From NCBI RefSeq assembly GCF_964213995.1, contig NW_027590117.1, positions 1,240,001 through 1,304,000 of the forward strand: a stretch of DNA of 64,000 nucleotides, read 5' to 3'. Every line of letters begins with the position of its first letter. Within the stretch, counting starts at the first letter, position 1. Of this stretch, positions 63,477 through 64,000 are shown piece by piece. This DNA comes from Mustelus asterias (Eukaryota). The notes under the pieces are model-generated. The model worked only from the letters and a program-made list of their open reading frames with translations. It did not search any database and was not told the origin of the DNA. The position numbers and the translations under genes were made by a program.

Positions 63477-64000
63477 ACATAGAACATAGAACATAGAACA
63501 TAGAACATTACAGCGCAGAACAGGCCCTTCGGCCCACGATGTTGCACCGACCAGTTAAAAAAAAACTGTGACCCTCCAACCTAAACCAATTTCTTTTCGT
63601 CCATGAACCTATCTACGGATCTCTTAAACGCCCCCAAACTAGGCGCATTTACTACTGATGCTGGCAGGGCATTCCAATCCCTCACCACCCTCTGGGTAAA
63701 GAACCTACCCCTGACATCGGTTCTATAACTACCCCCCCTCAATTTAAAGCCATGCCCCCTCGTGCTGGATTTCTCCATCAGAGGAAAAAGGCTATCACTA
63801 TCCACCCTATCTAAACCTCTAATCATCTTATATGTTTCAATAAGATCCCCTCTTAGCCGCCGCCTTTCCAGCGAAAACAATCCCAAATCCCTCAGCCTCT
63901 CCTCATAGGATCTCCCCTCCATACCAGGCAACATCCTGGTAAACCTCCTCTGCACCCTCTCCAAAGCCTCCACATCCTTCCTGTAATGTGGGGACCAGAA
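63477..64000 (-). mobile_element. Young CR1/HER1-type LINE 3' end (continues beyond the window)
   Basis: Open frame 63581-63973 (ERVQRRFTRMLPG...RRRLRGDLIETYK) and (TTCTATG)n tail. Confidence 0.9.

Overview
Non-bacterial, repeat-rich vertebrate DNA, almost certainly from a shark or ray (HE1/V-SINEs, CR1/HER1-type LINEs, SacSINE-like elements). It is a replication-dependent histone gene cluster interleaved with tRNA genes. Five histone genes look intact (H2A x2, H2B, H3.2, H1), and H2B and H4 each have a frameshifted copy; all seven carry the 3' stem-loop. There are nine tRNA genes or pseudogenes (Leu-TAA x2, iMet, Leu-CAG x2, Gly-TCC x2, Ser x2). The first ~34 kb looks like a decayed inverted duplication bounded by oppositely oriented satellite arrays, and 45-51 kb is a tandem duplication of a tRNA-Gly/tRNA-Ser unit. 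Penelope-like retroelements (GIY-YIG) with hammerhead-ribozyme termini are common. The most unusual feature is a ~330-bp non-coding, highly structured, poly(A)-tailed element in two copies (12155-12485 minus, 50316-50648 plus). It begins with the 5' end of U2 snRNA, repeats U2 stem-loop I internally, and one copy has a target-site duplication, so it is a candidate U2-headed SINE (SINEU-like, possibly Keno/Utopia-related). Most ORFs in the supplied track are repeat or antisense artefacts. Repeat boundaries are approximate and family names come from recall, not from a database search.
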